From Candidatus Bathyarchaeota archaeon (GTDB taxonomy: Archaea; Thermoproteota; Bathyarchaeia; Bathyarchaeales; Bathycorpusculaceae), in contig CAVSPH010000014.1 of assembly GCA_963729805.1 (NCBI GenBank), positions 6,832 to 70,831 of the forward strand: a DNA stretch of 64,000 nt, in the 5' to 3' direction. The notes below the pieces were generated by a model, which saw nothing but the letters and a program-made list of their open reading frames with translations, had not been told where the DNA came from and searched no databases. A program made the translations under genes and the position numbers. Below are positions 10,204 to 20,947 of this stretch, piece after piece; the first letter of the stretch is position 1, and each line of letters starts with the position of its first letter.

Positions 10204-11256
10204 TTATTCCTTCATGTATTGTTTATACTTCGCAATTACCTCTTTGAGTGCTGGTACCTCAAACAGTTTACGACCTATCATTTCGTTTGCAACTGCCATG
10301 TACATTTCGCTAATTATTTTTTTAAGTTGGGGATCAAGTTTCGGAGGTGGTGATCTGCACAGGGCTTTCCAGTTTTCAACGCCTTTTGCTTCAGCTTCTT
10401 TTTTGGCCTGTTCTAAATCTTTGTACCAACTTGTTTTCTTATAGAATTGTCTTGCAATTTCCTTGCTTACATGTAAGCCTTCATAGGTAAATCTGCATTC
10501 ATCCAAGGTTCCGACGACATCAACTATCATGAGTTTTCTTTTTTCATCAAAGGCTAACTCAATTTTTCCGTCTTCATTCTTTAAACCAGCTTTTGAAGCA
10601 ACTTCAGTTATGGTCTCATCCGCTTGCATCAGAACAGATTTTACGTCAGCTAATTCTTGGTCAGTTAAGTATGCAATTTGTTGAGCTTCTCGCCATGTCA
10701 CATATCTGTCGGTTTCTTCAAGTTTTGTGCTAACATCAAAAATTGGCTTATCGAGGTGTTCACCTGGTTTAGGATAATGGTCTAATGCTAAATCTTTCAG
10801 AGTAATTTTTTTCTGCTCGAGCCGTTTGAAAACTGATGAGCCTTCCGGAAGGCCGTTTCTGTAAATTATCTCAAGCGGAATTAAGCAATTCTTTAATTCG
10901 GTTGTGTAAGCGCTGTAGTCATGCGCAATCTTGCTGTTGACTATTTTTGTTTTTGGTTTGTAAACATTAACTAAGCTGACTTCCATGATGTTTGAAGGCT
11001 GTTTTACTTCGCTCGTTTTTACGACTTTTCCGTCGGTATCAATCAAGCCTCTGTAGTGTGTTTTGACCCCTTTCTTCTCGAGTTGTTCAAAACAGTATGC
11101 GCCCATTAGGGAGAGTGCAGCTCCTTTGCCTTCTATGAGGTCAGGCATTTCTCCCCAATCAAAAACACTGTACCGGTCAGAAAAAGTAAACATTCCAATA
11201 CCAGTTAGATCTTTGGTTGGTTTTTTGATTACTTCGAGATCTTTTACACTACCCAT
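10204..11256 (-). CDS. purC: SAICAR synthetase
   Basis: MGSVKD, FSDRYSVFDWG, STKLE, DGKIE, DVVGTLDECRF. Confidence 0.92.
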   Translation of the reverse strand: MGSVKDLEVIKKPTKDLTGIGMFTFSDRYSVFDWGEMPDLIEGKGAALSLMGAYCFEQLEKKGVKTHYRGLIDTDGKVVKTSEVKQPSNIMEVSLVNVYKPKTKIVNSKIAHDYSAYTTELKNCLIPLEIIYRNGLPEGSSVFKRLEQKKITLKDLALDHYPKPGEHLDKPIFDVSTKLEETDRYVTWREAQQIAYLTDQELADVKSVLMQADETITEVASKAGLKNEDGKIELAFDEKRKLMIVDVVGTLDECRFTYEGLHVSKEIARQFYKKTSWYKDLEQAKKEAEAKGVENWKALCRSPPPKLDPQLKKIISEMYMAVANEMIGRKLFEVPALKEVIAKYKQYMKE

Positions 11257-11389
11257 ACGCTATTCCCTAGGTACCTTTTGATCTAGCAGAATATTCTATT
11301 TTAACTTATATCGCTTTAGTCTAAGCATACGCTATGATTAGCCACAAAAAAGATCAAACAAATTTATAAGAAAAGTAAAAAATTGATTG

Positions 11390-11870
11390 TTATGCTAGTT
11401 TTTTGACTGATTCGTTGGCTCTTTCAAGCTCTTTCTTTTTTGATGCCTGGTAATTCTTGACGTTCTCTGCTATTGAGTTATCTTCTATAGCAAAAATCTT
11501 AGCGGTAGCAATTGCTGCACCCTCAGGTTCAATCGTTACTACTGAACCTATTCCGCTTGGTACCCGAAGCGAAGAGAAAATGTCAATTCCGCTGTATGTG
11601 TCGGAGTAGGGAGGGCATGCAATCACGGGCTTAGATGAATTTGCGTCAACAAAAGCGCTAAGAGCATTCGAACGACCAGCGACTGTAACGTAAACTACTT
11701 TTTTGCTTTCGAATTCTTTTATTATTTCAAGTACAGTTTCGGGACTTTTATGTGCAGAGGCAACCCGAAACTCGTAACTTACACCTAAGATCTTTAGGTA
11801 TTTTGCGATTTCTCGGGAAAAATTCTAGGTCCCGCTCTGAGCCCATAACAATAATTGCCTTTTCAGACAT
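11390..11870 (-). CDS. purE: AIR carboxylase/N5-CAIR mutase PurE (one indel near 11820, probably a read error)
   Basis: MSEKAIIVMGSERD, then after a frameshift RVASAHK, VAGRSNAL, PVIACPP. Confidence 0.85.
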
Positions 11871-11985
11871 GACCAATCACTGCAAATGCTAACTTAAAAC
11901 TGGCTAATTAACGTAACCCGATTCAATTGGTGCTCTATTTAACCAAATTTTTTTTATTACTTAATTTAGGTTGTTTTGCTACAGT

Positions 11986-12471
11986 TTAACCGAGCAAACT
12001 AAGCAGAACCTCCGTTAAACGATCGACCGCTTCTTGGAGTTCACTGGTTAAGCCTTCACCAAACTCGATACTCTTTGGCTCAACCAATAGCAAAGCAATT
12101 TTTGCGCCAGTTTCTTGTTTAATGTAATCGCAAAAAATGTGCAAAGGTAACAAATGAGTGGTAATTGCCGAATAATTAGCAATTTCCTCAGGGTCAAGTA
12201 GACGGACTTGACCTGGATTTAAACCCAAGAAAGCGGCGTCAATCAACAACACATGAGTCGGGGTAAATTGTTCAATGTCTAGTAGGTAACTTTCCGGTAC
12301 TGTTTCGGCTTCGATCAAGCAAACGGTCTCTGGTAGTTTGTCTTTCAATTTTTCAATGATCTTTAATCCTAAGTAATCGTCCGTGCGAATGGGGTTACCA
12401 ATGCCCGCTATAACAACGTTCTTTCTGTCGGCAAACCAGTTTTTCAGTGTTATTTTTATTTCGTTGTCCAT
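11986..12471 (-). CDS. Hydrogenase maturation protease (HycI-like)
   Basis: GIGNPIRTDDYLG, ETVPE, IDAA, TTHLLPL. Confidence 0.9.
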   Translation of the reverse strand: MDNEIKITLKNWFADRKNVVIAGIGNPIRTDDYLGLKIIEKLKDKLPETVCLIEAETVPESYLLDIEQFTPTHVLLIDAAFLGLNPGQVRLLDPEEIANYSAITTHLLPLHIFCDYIKQETGAKIALLLVEPKSIEFGEGLTSELQEAVDRLTEVLLSLLG

Positions 12472-12641
12472 TGACGCATCAATGAAATATAATTGTCTTA
12501 AAAGAAGAAAAAGCTTGTCTCATTACAGTTTTTTGCAATTAAGCTTAAAAGTATTTTTAGTAATATGCAACTTTGCAAGAAAAAATTAGGATAAATTCAA
12601 AGTACAAATTTAGATCTAGGGTAAAAACGTGCAAACAAATA

Positions 12642-12941
12642 ATGGAGCAATCTGTTTTGGTTAGATCGAAGGTTAGATGGAGCAAACATATCGAAGATAG
12701 GTTTGACAAAGAACTCGCCCAATTAGGAATAACCAAAGAATTATTGGAAGACATAATTTCTAAACCCGACGAGGTCTTATTTGACTCTGATAATGGCCGA
12801 AACGTTGCGGTAAGAATAAAGAGTAAATTGGCTGTAATCTATGAGACAAGATTTGAGGATAAATTTATTATAACGGCGATCTATAGCAGTAATCTTGAGC
12901 GTGTCGTTTTGAGAAGGAAGCGGTCGGGAAGATGGCTTTGA
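12642..12941 (+). CDS. DUF4258-like (RelE-fold) putative toxin
   Basis: WSKH...R...GITKELLEDII..PD...IITA pattern; overlaps the downstream DUF2283 gene. Confidence 0.65.
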   Translation: MEQSVLVRSKVRWSKHIEDRFDKELAQLGITKELLEDIISKPDEVLFDSDNGRNVAVRIKSKLAVIYETRFEDKFIITAIYSSNLERVVLRRKRSGRWL

Positions 12942-13174
12942 TAATAAAATATGATTCTGAAGCAGACGTTCTCGTCGTGAAGGTCAAAGAAGGCGCGTTA
13001 GCTGACGAAGAATTGCTTGAAAACGACATTATCTTAGGATGCGACAAATCAGGCAAACTCGTTTCCTTAGAAATTCTTGATGCGTCAAAGAAAGGGCTTC
13101 TAAACGCTTTCATGGAGCTTGCAAAATCAAAGAAAGAAACCGCAAAGCTTCTGCTTTCTAAAATAAGTCAATAA
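12932..13174 (+). CDS. DUF2283 family putative antitoxin
   Basis: YDSEADVLVV...D.SGKLVSLEILDASK signature. Confidence 0.8.
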   Translation: MALIIKYDSEADVLVVKVKEGALADEELLENDIILGCDKSGKLVSLEILDASKKGLLNAFMELAKSKKETAKLLLSKISQ

Positions 13175-13231
13175 TCAATAATTTCGGCAAGATTAAGCTA
13201 AAAATGTTTAACTAATTCAAAAGTGCAAGCG

Positions 13232-13591
13232 CTAATTTGTTTTCTTGCCAAGTTGGGGCGGTTTTCTTCTTCCATCCCACGCATGGTGCAGAGCTAAAGT
13301 TGGGTGTAGTACGAGAAGTCTTGGACCTGAATAACGCATGACTTTCCTAACTTTTTCTTTCATATCTGGACGGTAACAATGAATCAGACATTTGCCACAC
13401 GTACTTTTTTTCTCTTGAAACGGACATTTGTCAAGGCGCATAAATGCGTACTCTTGGAATTCTTTGCATTCAGGACATAATTCGCCTTGCGTATCATGAT
13501 GACCCTTGCAGTAGACATGAATCATGTATCCTATGGTTTTTTTCTCGCGTTTCATTCTTTTATGTTCTGGGTTGGGTGGTTGCGGTTGCAT
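13232..13591 (-). CDS. YgbA / nitrous-oxide-stimulated promoter family Cys-rich protein
   Basis: REKKTI..MI..YC..HH..LCPEC...RLDKCPF..K.TCGKC.IHCY...VMRYSGPR. Confidence 0.88.
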   Translation of the reverse strand: MQPQPPNPEHKRMKREKKTIGYMIHVYCKGHHDTQGELCPECKEFQEYAFMRLDKCPFQEKKSTCGKCLIHCYRPDMKEKVRKVMRYSGPRLLVLHPTLALHHAWDGRRKPPQLGKKTN

Positions 13592-13702
13592 GCTATATCT
13601 CGTCCCTATGATACCATAGGCACCATTTCCTCAATTAAGGGTTTACCCTAAAAGGTTAGGGTTATCTTGAAAAATTATAGATGCCTTTAAGAAAAGGCTA
13701 AA

Positions 13703-15157
13703 CTAACGACTGGCCGAACTGATTAGTTGTTTTTGTGCGTTGAAGACTTCCACTTTTAGTGGCATTTGCCCGACAGCGTAGTGTGTTGCGCATCCGAAGC
13801 ATGGGTCATATGCTCTGAAAGCCATTTCGACTTTGTTGAGTATCCCTTGGTCGACTTTGCCACCGTGGATTAAGCCTTTTGCTGCGTCGCGTATGCTCAT
13901 GCAGATTGCAGGGTAATTGTTTGTTGTGGCAACGATTAGGTTTACGTCTTTAACCAGTGCATCTTTGTCTAAGGTGTAATGATGAATTAGGGTTCCGCGT
14001 GCTGCTTCTGTTATTCCGACGCCTTCGCCGGGTTCTCCCGGGGTGTTGCGGATGTTTGTGCTTGTAATTTCTGGATCTTTGACTAGTTCCATTGTTCTTT
14101 CAGTAGCGTATAGAAGCTCGATTAGTCGTGCCCAATGGAATGCTAGTGTGCTGTGAACTGGTTTGCCACCGAGAGTCTTGTACATTACTTCATATTCTGC
14201 TTGTGCAAGTGGTGTTGCCATTCCATTTGAAGCATTCAATCGTCCTAATGGACCAACGCGGTAAACACCGCTGTCTGCTCCTGCAACCTGTCCTTTCCAA
14301 CCGATTGCTTTGAGGTATGGAAATTTGCTGTACGTCCATTCTTCGACATGTTCGCCTATGTGTTTCAGATAATCTTTTGATTCAAACTCGAGGAATTCTT
14401 TGCCATATGGGTCAACGACTCGGACTTTGCCATCGTAGAAGTTGACTTTGTTGTTTTCGTCTACCGTGCCCATGTAGTAGGTTGGCATTGTGTAGGCGGG
14501 ACTTTTGATTAGGTCAACGTACTGGGTGTTTCCTAAGACAATGTCATGGAATATTTTAAGAGTGAATTGAGCAAAGTTTACGCATGAAGCGGCCATTGTC
14601 TCGATTGCTTGCCTATTAGCTTCCGTTAGGGCTTTTGAGATTCCGCCCGGCAAACCGCAGACAGGATGTGTGGCTTTTCCGCCCATGATTTCCGTAATTT
14701 TTTGACCATAGGCTCTATGTTTTATGACTTCTTTGGCTACGTCCATCCCTGCTTTTTCGATAACGCCGAGTATGTTGCGTTTTTCTGGTGGTGCGTCTGG
14801 TCCAACTATGAAGTCTGGTCCCCCTAAGAAGTAGAAGTGCAATGTGTGATCATAAATGAAGTAAGCGCTGTACATGAGTTCTCTTAGTTTCTTTGCTGCT
14901 GAGGGTGGTTCCACATTGAAGGCGGCATCAAGAGCTTTTGTTGCGGCGAAATGGTGTGCAACTGGACAGACACCACAGATTCTGGTTGTAAGTTGAGGCA
15001 TGAGTTCTGCTCTTCGACCTATGCAGAATTTCTCGAACCCTCTTAGTTCCGGAATTTTGAGATAAGCATTTTCTACGTCGCCCTTGTCGTTGAGGAAAAT
15101 GGATACGTTTCCATGTCCCTCGAGACGCGTAATTGGGTCTATAATTATTTCTTTCAT
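13703..15157 (-). CDS. mvhA: [NiFe] hydrogenase large subunit, group 3c (MvhA)
   Basis: TRLEGHG, L1 RICGVCPVAH, L2 DPCFGCATH plus a cleavable C-terminal extension; linked to hdrBC. Confidence 0.9.
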   Translation of the reverse strand: MKEIIIDPITRLEGHGNVSIFLNDKGDVENAYLKIPELRGFEKFCIGRRAELMPQLTTRICGVCPVAHHFAATKALDAAFNVEPPSAAKKLRELMYSAYFIYDHTLHFYFLGGPDFIVGPDAPPEKRNILGVIEKAGMDVAKEVIKHRAYGQKITEIMGGKATHPVCGLPGGISKALTEANRQAIETMAASCVNFAQFTLKIFHDIVLGNTQYVDLIKSPAYTMPTYYMGTVDENNKVNFYDGKVRVVDPYGKEFLEFESKDYLKHIGEHVEEWTYSKFPYLKAIGWKGQVAGADSGVYRVGPLGRLNASNGMATPLAQAEYEVMYKTLGGKPVHSTLAFHWARLIELLYATERTMELVKDPEITSTNIRNTPGEPGEGVGITEAARGTLIHHYTLDKDALVKDVNLIVATTNNYPAICMSIRDAAKGLIHGGKVDQGILNKVEMAFRAYDPCFGCATHYAVGQMPLKVEVFNAQKQLISSASR

Positions 15158-16144
15158 TTCTTAATCACCTTTCTTTTTAGAATTGAAGCTGGAAGTGAGT
15201 ACATGTAGAATGTACCAACTGGATCCTTAACTTGAGTAAGTAAGTCTTCAACTTCTTTTTCAGTATAACTTGTTTTTCCTGGAACGCCATCGTATCCAAG
15301 AATTGAAGCCAAAGCAGTAATCATTGCAGCACCTTGTTCGGGAACATTTGGAGCTGGTCCGCCGCAACCTGTGCAGGGCATGTCAACGTTTAAGCATTGA
15401 GCGCCACAGCCGCTTCTGGTTGCAAGTCCCATGCAGAGTATCCCTTGTTCAAGGAGGCATTTTTCTGGTTCAGGAGCTTTCTCGTATACTCTGTAGATTT
15501 TGCCGATTTTTTTGTTATCTCTCTTTCTTGGGCATTCGTCGCATACTGCTTTAAGTGGCGCGAGAACTGAACCTTTTGGGGGTAACTTGTTTGTCGCTAT
15601 TGCGTCTACTGCTGCGGCGATAAGTTTGACTGGTGGCGGACAACCTGGTAAATAATAGTCTACATCAACGGTTTGGCGCAGTGTTTTTACTGTGTCGTAG
15701 AATTCTGGGATTTTAAGTGTGCCTTCTTTGACTTTGGTTTGCGTTTTAGGAATTACAGCTTCGGGATTGATGTTTGATTTGTCTTTTATGTAAACTTGAT
15801 TGAATATTTCTTCTTTGTTGTGTAAGTTTGCTAATCCGGGTATGCATCCTTCGTGGGCGCATGAGCCAAATGCAACGAGAGTTTTTGATTTTTCTCTCAG
15901 TACCTTTGCCATGTGTTCTTGTTCGGCGTTTCGTATGGAACCGTTGAAGAATGTTATGTCGATGGATTTTGCAGGCATTGCTTCAACGTCTTTGTATTTA
16001 ACGTCGATGGCGACTGGCCAAAAGACAATGTCGGCTAATGCTACTACGTCTAAGGATTTTCTCGTTTAAGTCTAAGACGGCTATTTCGCAGCCACCGCAA
16101 CTTGCAGCCCAGTAAAAGGCTATTTTCAACTTGTTTTTGCTCAT
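15154..16144 (-). CDS. mvhG: Hydrogenase small subunit MvhG (indel near 16052)
   Basis: MSKNKLKIAFYWAASCGGCE joins the ORF with GSCA, PGCPP, CDEC, CLL, C.G.ATRSGC..QC....PC.GC. Confidence 0.88.
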
Positions 16145-17034
16145 GGTTTGTTTGTCCCCTCGGCCACTTGCTTTAATATTTTTGAGGCGTTTACACGAAG
16201 CTCGTTGAAGGCGAGTTCTTCTGGTGCTAAGCCCATTGCTAACCCGAGTAGTTGTGGATAATGGAGAATTGGAATACCATAAACTTCATTAAACATTTTC
16301 TCAATTCGAAGCTCATTTGTATCGTACATTATATGACAAAATGGACAAATTGTGATTAGTGCTTGTGCATCAACCATTTTTATATGGCTTAGCTTATCTT
16401 TGGCAAGTGACAAGGCGATTTTGTCGCTGACCCCGACGCTAGGTGCACCGCAGCATTCTGTTTCATCGATGTAGTCTAAGCATGTGGCTCCTGTGGCTTC
16501 AATGAGCATTTTTAGGGTTTGTGGGTCTTCAGGGTCGTCAAAATCTATGTATTCTTTGGGTCTTAGAATATGGCAGCCGTTGTGTTCCGCGACTTTGAGC
16601 ATGGTTAGCGGCTTTACGACGGAGGCTTTGATTTTTTCTATCCCAACGTCTTCTTTAAGCAATTGAAGAAGGTGTTTTGTTTCTACTGTCCCTTTGAATT
16701 CTAATCCTACTTCTTTGAGATGACCGTTAATTTGTTCTTTTAGGGCTTTGTCGCCTTTGAGGATTTTATTGACTTTTTTTAGTGTGCCAGCGCAGCCTGG
16801 ACAAAGTGTGAGTATGTTTAGTCCCGTTTGCTCTGCCATCGCCAAGTTTTTTGCAGCTAAAATTAACATGGTTTCATGGCTTACTGGATCTAATGGTAAA
16901 CCGCAACAGTTGAATTCGGGCATTTCAACTAGTTCAATGCCGAGTTTAGTGAGAACTTTACGGGCTGAAATTTCATAGGCTGAAACGCGATACGGTATTG
17001 AGCATCCGAGGAAAATCAAATATTTATTGCCCAG
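16141..17034 (-). CDS. hdrB: Heterodisulfide reductase subunit B
   Basis: FLGC, two CCG motifs, CPGC, NGCH, CPFCH; start at TTG 17019 or CTG 17034. Confidence 0.92.
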   Translation of the reverse strand: MGNKYLIFLGCSIPYRVSAYEISARKVLTKLGIELVEMPEFNCCGLPLDPVSHETMLILAAKNLAMAEQTGLNILTLCPGCAGTLKKVNKILKGDKALKEQINGHLKEVGLEFKGTVETKHLLQLLKEDVGIEKIKASVVKPLTMLKVAEHNGCHILRPKEYIDFDDPEDPQTLKMLIEATGATCLDYIDETECCGAPSVGVSDKIALSLAKDKLSHIKMVDAQALITICPFCHIMYDTNELRIEKMFNEVYGIPILHYPQLLGLAMGLAPEELAFNELRVNASKILKQVAEGTNKP

Positions 17035-17584
17035 CTGGTTGTCCCCCTGCAGGTTTCTGGGTGAATTCGACGAACTTTACGCCTTTGAGCACTTTTTTTA
17101 CGTTCTCAGGATTGCCTTTCGGCAATGGAGGCAGGCATTGGGATTCGCGTTTTTTTATTCTTAATTCAGGAATTTTGAAGGCGTATCCTGATTCAAGTAG
17201 GCTTGCGGTTTGGTCTTTAAAAACTTGTGGCACGCATCCGCTTTCTGCTGCTAAGTTTCGAAAGACGCGAATTACGGCTGCGACTTCAACGTCTTGAGGA
17301 CAGCGGTCTGTGCATGTGAAACAGGCTGCACATAACCATAAGGTGTCGCTTTTGAGCACGCGATCTTTTAGTCCAAGTTGGGCCATGTGAATTAGAGTTC
17401 GTGGACGATAACTGTCACTGTACCTTGCGACTGGGCAATCTGATGTGCATGTCCCACACTGAAAACATTTAAGAATTTTTTCGCTCCCGTGCATTTTAAG
17501 TAGTTGATACTTAAATTTTGGATCAAGCTCAGAAGCTCTTATCGGCTCTTTTCCCGACGGAGTTGTTTGGGCTGTCTCAGTCAC
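17024..17584 (-). CDS. hdrC: Heterodisulfide reductase subunit C
   Basis: CFQCGTCTSDCP and WLCAACFTCTDRCP. Confidence 0.92.
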   Translation of the reverse strand: MTETAQTTPSGKEPIRASELDPKFKYQLLKMHGSEKILKCFQCGTCTSDCPVARYSDSYRPRTLIHMAQLGLKDRVLKSDTLWLCAACFTCTDRCPQDVEVAAVIRVFRNLAAESGCVPQVFKDQTASLLESGYAFKIPELRIKKRESQCLPPLPKGNPENVKKVLKGVKFVEFTQKPAGGQPAGQ

Positions 17585-17741
17585 ATAGATTCACTTTGAC
17601 AGGTAGATAGCACCATAGTGCTTATTCTCAATTCTTTAGTCAAATACATAAAGGTTCAGCAAAGGGCAATTGATTTTTCCATGTTTCACATGTTATTTTC
17701 CTAGCTTCTTACCTATTTTTGGGTTTATAATTTATGATTTA

Positions 17742-18188
17742 TTATTGTTTTTTGCTTGTGAACTGTTGGTCCACATAGAAAACGATTACGATTAACCAGA
17801 TTATTGCCAAAATGAGAAGAACGATTTTTGCTATTCCTATGATGTCAAATTCAGTAAGGGTTTGGAGAGTAGGATCACTTGATTTTGTTGGTTGAGGAGC
17901 TGGAATTGTTGTTGAAAGGGGAGTTGGGTTTGGCGTTGCTGTTGTTTCTGCTGTATTTGTCGGTGGAGATATGGAGACTCTGGATAGACTAAGACTATAA
18001 TTGGCAGGAATCGGTGTAGATTTTAGATCGATATTTTGTGTAAATCCTGCATAATGATTATTCGTGCTGGTCAAGATAGTGTCAGAAGAGAAGGTTCCCT
18101 TAATTGGTGAAACATAGACGTTTCCAAGAGCAAGTGCCATGCTAACTGAAATTGCTATGATGAATAGTAAGCAGGTAAGCCTCTTCAA
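17742..18188 (-). CDS. Small exported Ser/Thr/Pro-rich protein with C-terminal TM anchor
   Basis: Signal-like N-terminus, PT-rich linker, C-terminal hydrophobic helix. Confidence 0.65.
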   Translation of the reverse strand: MKRLTCLLFIIAISVSMALALGNVYVSPIKGTFSSDTILTSTNNHYAGFTQNIDLKSTPIPANYSLSLSRVSISPPTNTAETTATPNPTPLSTTIPAPQPTKSSDPTLQTLTEFDIIGIAKIVLLILAIIWLIVIVFYVDQQFTSKKQ

Positions 18189-18263
18189 GTTCTAACCGTA
18201 GATATGTGGTAACTTACAAATTTAAGATTTGACTAAAATTAAACAAATAAAATAAAGAATTTG

Positions 18264-19706
18264 TTATCTTATTTTTCGGTCAATTATTCTGCCATTTGCG
18301 TCGATGAGTTTGATATCTAGGGGCATTTTGCCGATTGTGTGTGTTGCGCAGCTTAAGCAGGGGTCGAAAGCTCGAATTACTGCTTCAACTCGGTTTAACA
18401 TGCCTTCTTGAAGTTGTTTTGCCTTGACGTATTTTTTGGCAACTTGTGTTACTGCCATGTTGTAGGCGATGTTATTGTGTTCCGTTGCGATAATCATATT
18501 GTTCCAAGTGATTAGTCCTTGTGGGTCAACTTTGTAGTGGTGAATTAAGGTGCCTCTTGGGGCTTCAGCTACTCCGACGCCCTCATAGTTGTTGACTAAT
18601 GCTTTGGACGTGACATGTTCTGAGAGTATTTCTGGGTCTTCAAGAAGGTTTTTAGCAGTTTCGAGGCAGAAGAGTATCTCGATTAAGCGTGCGTAGTGGT
18701 AGTGGAAGGTGCTTTGGACGACTCCATTTTTGCCTATTTTCTTGAAGTCTGGTAGTTCTTGGTCTGCTAATGGGGTGCCACAATGCGAAGCAACGTTTAG
18801 CCTTGCTAGTGGTCCAACTCTGTAGGCGCCTTCTGGGTAGCCGATGGGCTTAAAGTACGGGAATTTCATGAAGGAATATGGTTCGACCGCTTCTCCGATA
18901 AATTCCCGGTATTTTGTTGGGTCAATGCATTCGGCGACGGTTTTGCCGTTTTTATCCATTATTCGAATTTTTCCATCGTAATGTTCAAGTCCGCCGTCTG
19001 GTGTTACTAAGCCCATATAGTAAGTTGGGAAATTTCCGAAGTTTTCAATTTCTTCTTCAAATCCGTCGAGCATCTTTTTGTACATTGTCAATGTCTGCTG
19101 TGTGCTCTCTAAGGCTTCAGGCAGATTAGCGTAGAGATAGTCAGCTCTTTCTTTTGTGAGTGGCCATTTTGCGCCGCCCGGCAGTATCCAGTCGCTTGAA
19201 TGTATCCGTTTGCCAGCGATTTTTTCGATAATTTCTTGACCGAATTTGCGGAGTTTTATTCCTCTCATCGCTAGTTCTGGATGTTTTTCGATTAAGCCGA
19301 AAACGTTTCTTTGCGAGGGGTCAGAATCGAAGCCAAGCAGCAGGTCGGGTGATGAAAGGTGAAAGAAGTTCAGGGCGTGTGATTGAATTAGTTGTCCCAT
19401 GTGCATTAGTCGTCTCAGTTTTATGGCGGTTTCGGGTGGACTAACGCCGACTATGGCATCACAGGCTTTGGCTGAAGCAAGTAAATGGCTGACTGGACAG
19501 ATTCCGCAAGATCTTGAGGTTATGCTTGGCATCTCATAGAATGGTCTGCCTTCAGTGAATTTTTCGAACCCGCGGAAGTCAACGACCTTGAATAGTGCTT
19601 CCTTCACTGAATCATCAGGGTTTAGTATGATGTTTACTTGAGCATGCCCTTCGATGCGAGTGATTGGGCTAATGGTAATTTCTTTTGCGGCTTGTTCTTT
19701 AACCAT
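18264..19706 (-). CDS. hoxH: [NiFe] hydrogenase large subunit, group 3d
   Basis: RIEGHA, RSCGICPVSH, DPCLSCATH; in an operon with diaphorase genes. Confidence 0.9.
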   Translation of the reverse strand: MVKEQAAKEITISPITRIEGHAQVNIILNPDDSVKEALFKVVDFRGFEKFTEGRPFYEMPSITSRSCGICPVSHLLASAKACDAIVGVSPPETAIKLRRLMHMGQLIQSHALNFFHLSSPDLLLGFDSDPSQRNVFGLIEKHPELAMRGIKLRKFGQEIIEKIAGKRIHSSDWILPGGAKWPLTKERADYLYANLPEALESTQQTLTMYKKMLDGFEEEIENFGNFPTYYMGLVTPDGGLEHYDGKIRIMDKNGKTVAECIDPTKYREFIGEAVEPYSFMKFPYFKPIGYPEGAYRVGPLARLNVASHCGTPLADQELPDFKKIGKNGVVQSTFHYHYARLIEILFCLETAKNLLEDPEILSEHVTSKALVNNYEGVGVAEAPRGTLIHHYKVDPQGLITWNNMIIATEHNNIAYNMAVTQVAKKYVKAKQLQEGMLNRVEAVIRAFDPCLSCATHTIGKMPLDIKLIDANGRIIDRKIR

Positions 19707-20241
19707 ATTTTGATCTACCCTCCATGACTGGGGTTTTGCCAGTCAACAAATCAGTTAACACATAATTAATCAAGTCAGCGTGAGGTGGGCATCCTGGGAT
19801 AAAAAAGTCGACTTTAACAATTTCATGCAATGGGCGAGCCTTTATGAGCAGTTTGGGGACTGCAGTTGGAATTGCAGCATTTAGGTCGGCGGGATCTTTG
19901 TAAGCGCGTTCTAAAACTGCTTGGTCACTGTGATGCCAGGAATTGCGCAGCGCGGTTACGTTTCCTGTTACTGCGCAATCGCCGAGTGAAATTAGGATTT
20001 TTGTTCTTGTACGTACTTTCTTAAGCATTGCTAGTTGCTCTTCGTTTGCAACAGCTCCCTCAATTAGCGTGACATCTACATTTTCAGGGAATTCTTTCAC
20101 ATCAGCAATAGGACTATAGACTAACGATATTTTCTTAGCGATGTTAACCAGTCGCTCGTCTTGATCGAGGAAGGACATGTGACAACCTGAGCAACCACTG
20201 AGCCAAACTGTCGCGATTCTAACTTTTGCGTTCATAGTCAT
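19699..20241 (-). CDS. hoxY: Hox hydrogenase small subunit
   Basis: WLSGCSGCHMS, GDCA, PGCPP; short single-cluster subunit. Confidence 0.9.
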   Translation of the reverse strand: MTMNAKVRIATVWLSGCSGCHMSFLDQDERLVNIAKKISLVYSPIADVKEFPENVDVTLIEGAVANEEQLAMLKKVRTRTKILISLGDCAVTGNVTALRNSWHHSDQAVLERAYKDPADLNAAIPTAVPKLLIKARPLHEIVKVDFFIPGCPPHADLINYVLTDLLTGKTPVMEGRSKYG

Positions 20242-20945
20242 TTCCGGTTCCTCCTCGACATGACGAATTCGGCTATAGCTTTGTTTTTAGTGTGGTCAAT
20301 GGGTTCGCCTTCTATGTAGATTGCACCGACGGGGCAAATTTTGGCGCATTTGCGGCAGGAGGTACAAGAACAAGAATTACCCCAATGCTCATCCATGTCC
20401 ATAATAACCTGGGAATCTTTGCCGCGCAATTTGAGGTCAAGGGTGTGAACACCTTCGATTTGGTGACATACTCTTATGCAACGTGTACAAAGGATGCATC
20501 TGTTTCTGTCGATAACCAGAAAATCATGAGTGGAATCGATTTCGTCGTGGCTCCAATTTCGCTCAAAAATTACGTGATCAACGCCAAGTTGATTTGCCAA
20601 GGCTTGCAGTTCACAATGGTCGTTGGCTACACATGAGGAGCAAATGTGGGTGCGCTCTGCCAACAGCAGTTGAATGACCATTTTGCGGTATTCATTCAGT
20701 CTGTCTGAGTTAGTTGCTATTTCCATTCCAGGACTTACTGGTGTTATGCAGGCTGGGAAGAGTTTGGGTGACCCGATGACTTCAACAAGGCATAATCGAC
20801 ATCCGCCGTACGGGGTTAGACCTTCGATGCTGCATAATGTGGGAATGATAATTCCATTGTCTTTCGCTGCTTTGAGAATCATGGTGCCTTCAGGAACAGT
20901 TACTTCAACTCCGTTGATCTTGACTTTAACAGAACTGAGGCTCAT
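20238..20945 (-). CDS. hoxU: Diaphorase Fe-S subunit
   Basis: IPTLC...GGCRLCLVE...C, HICSSC....C, CILCTRC, CTSCRKC...CP. Confidence 0.9.
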   Translation of the reverse strand: MSLSSVKVKINGVEVTVPEGTMILKAAKDNGIIIPTLCSIEGLTPYGGCRLCLVEVIGSPKLFPACITPVSPGMEIATNSDRLNEYRKMVIQLLLAERTHICSSCVANDHCELQALANQLGVDHVIFERNWSHDEIDSTHDFLVIDRNRCILCTRCIRVCHQIEGVHTLDLKLRGKDSQVIMDMDEHWGNSCSCTSCRKCAKICPVGAIYIEGEPIDHTKNKAIAEFVMSRRNRK

Positions 20946-20947
20946 GT

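Noticed and set aside
13703-19706. Selenocysteine ([NiFeSe]) or split VhuU-type large subunits
   Set aside because: Both large subunits have complete Cys L2 motifs (DPCFGC, DPCLSC) with no in-frame TGA
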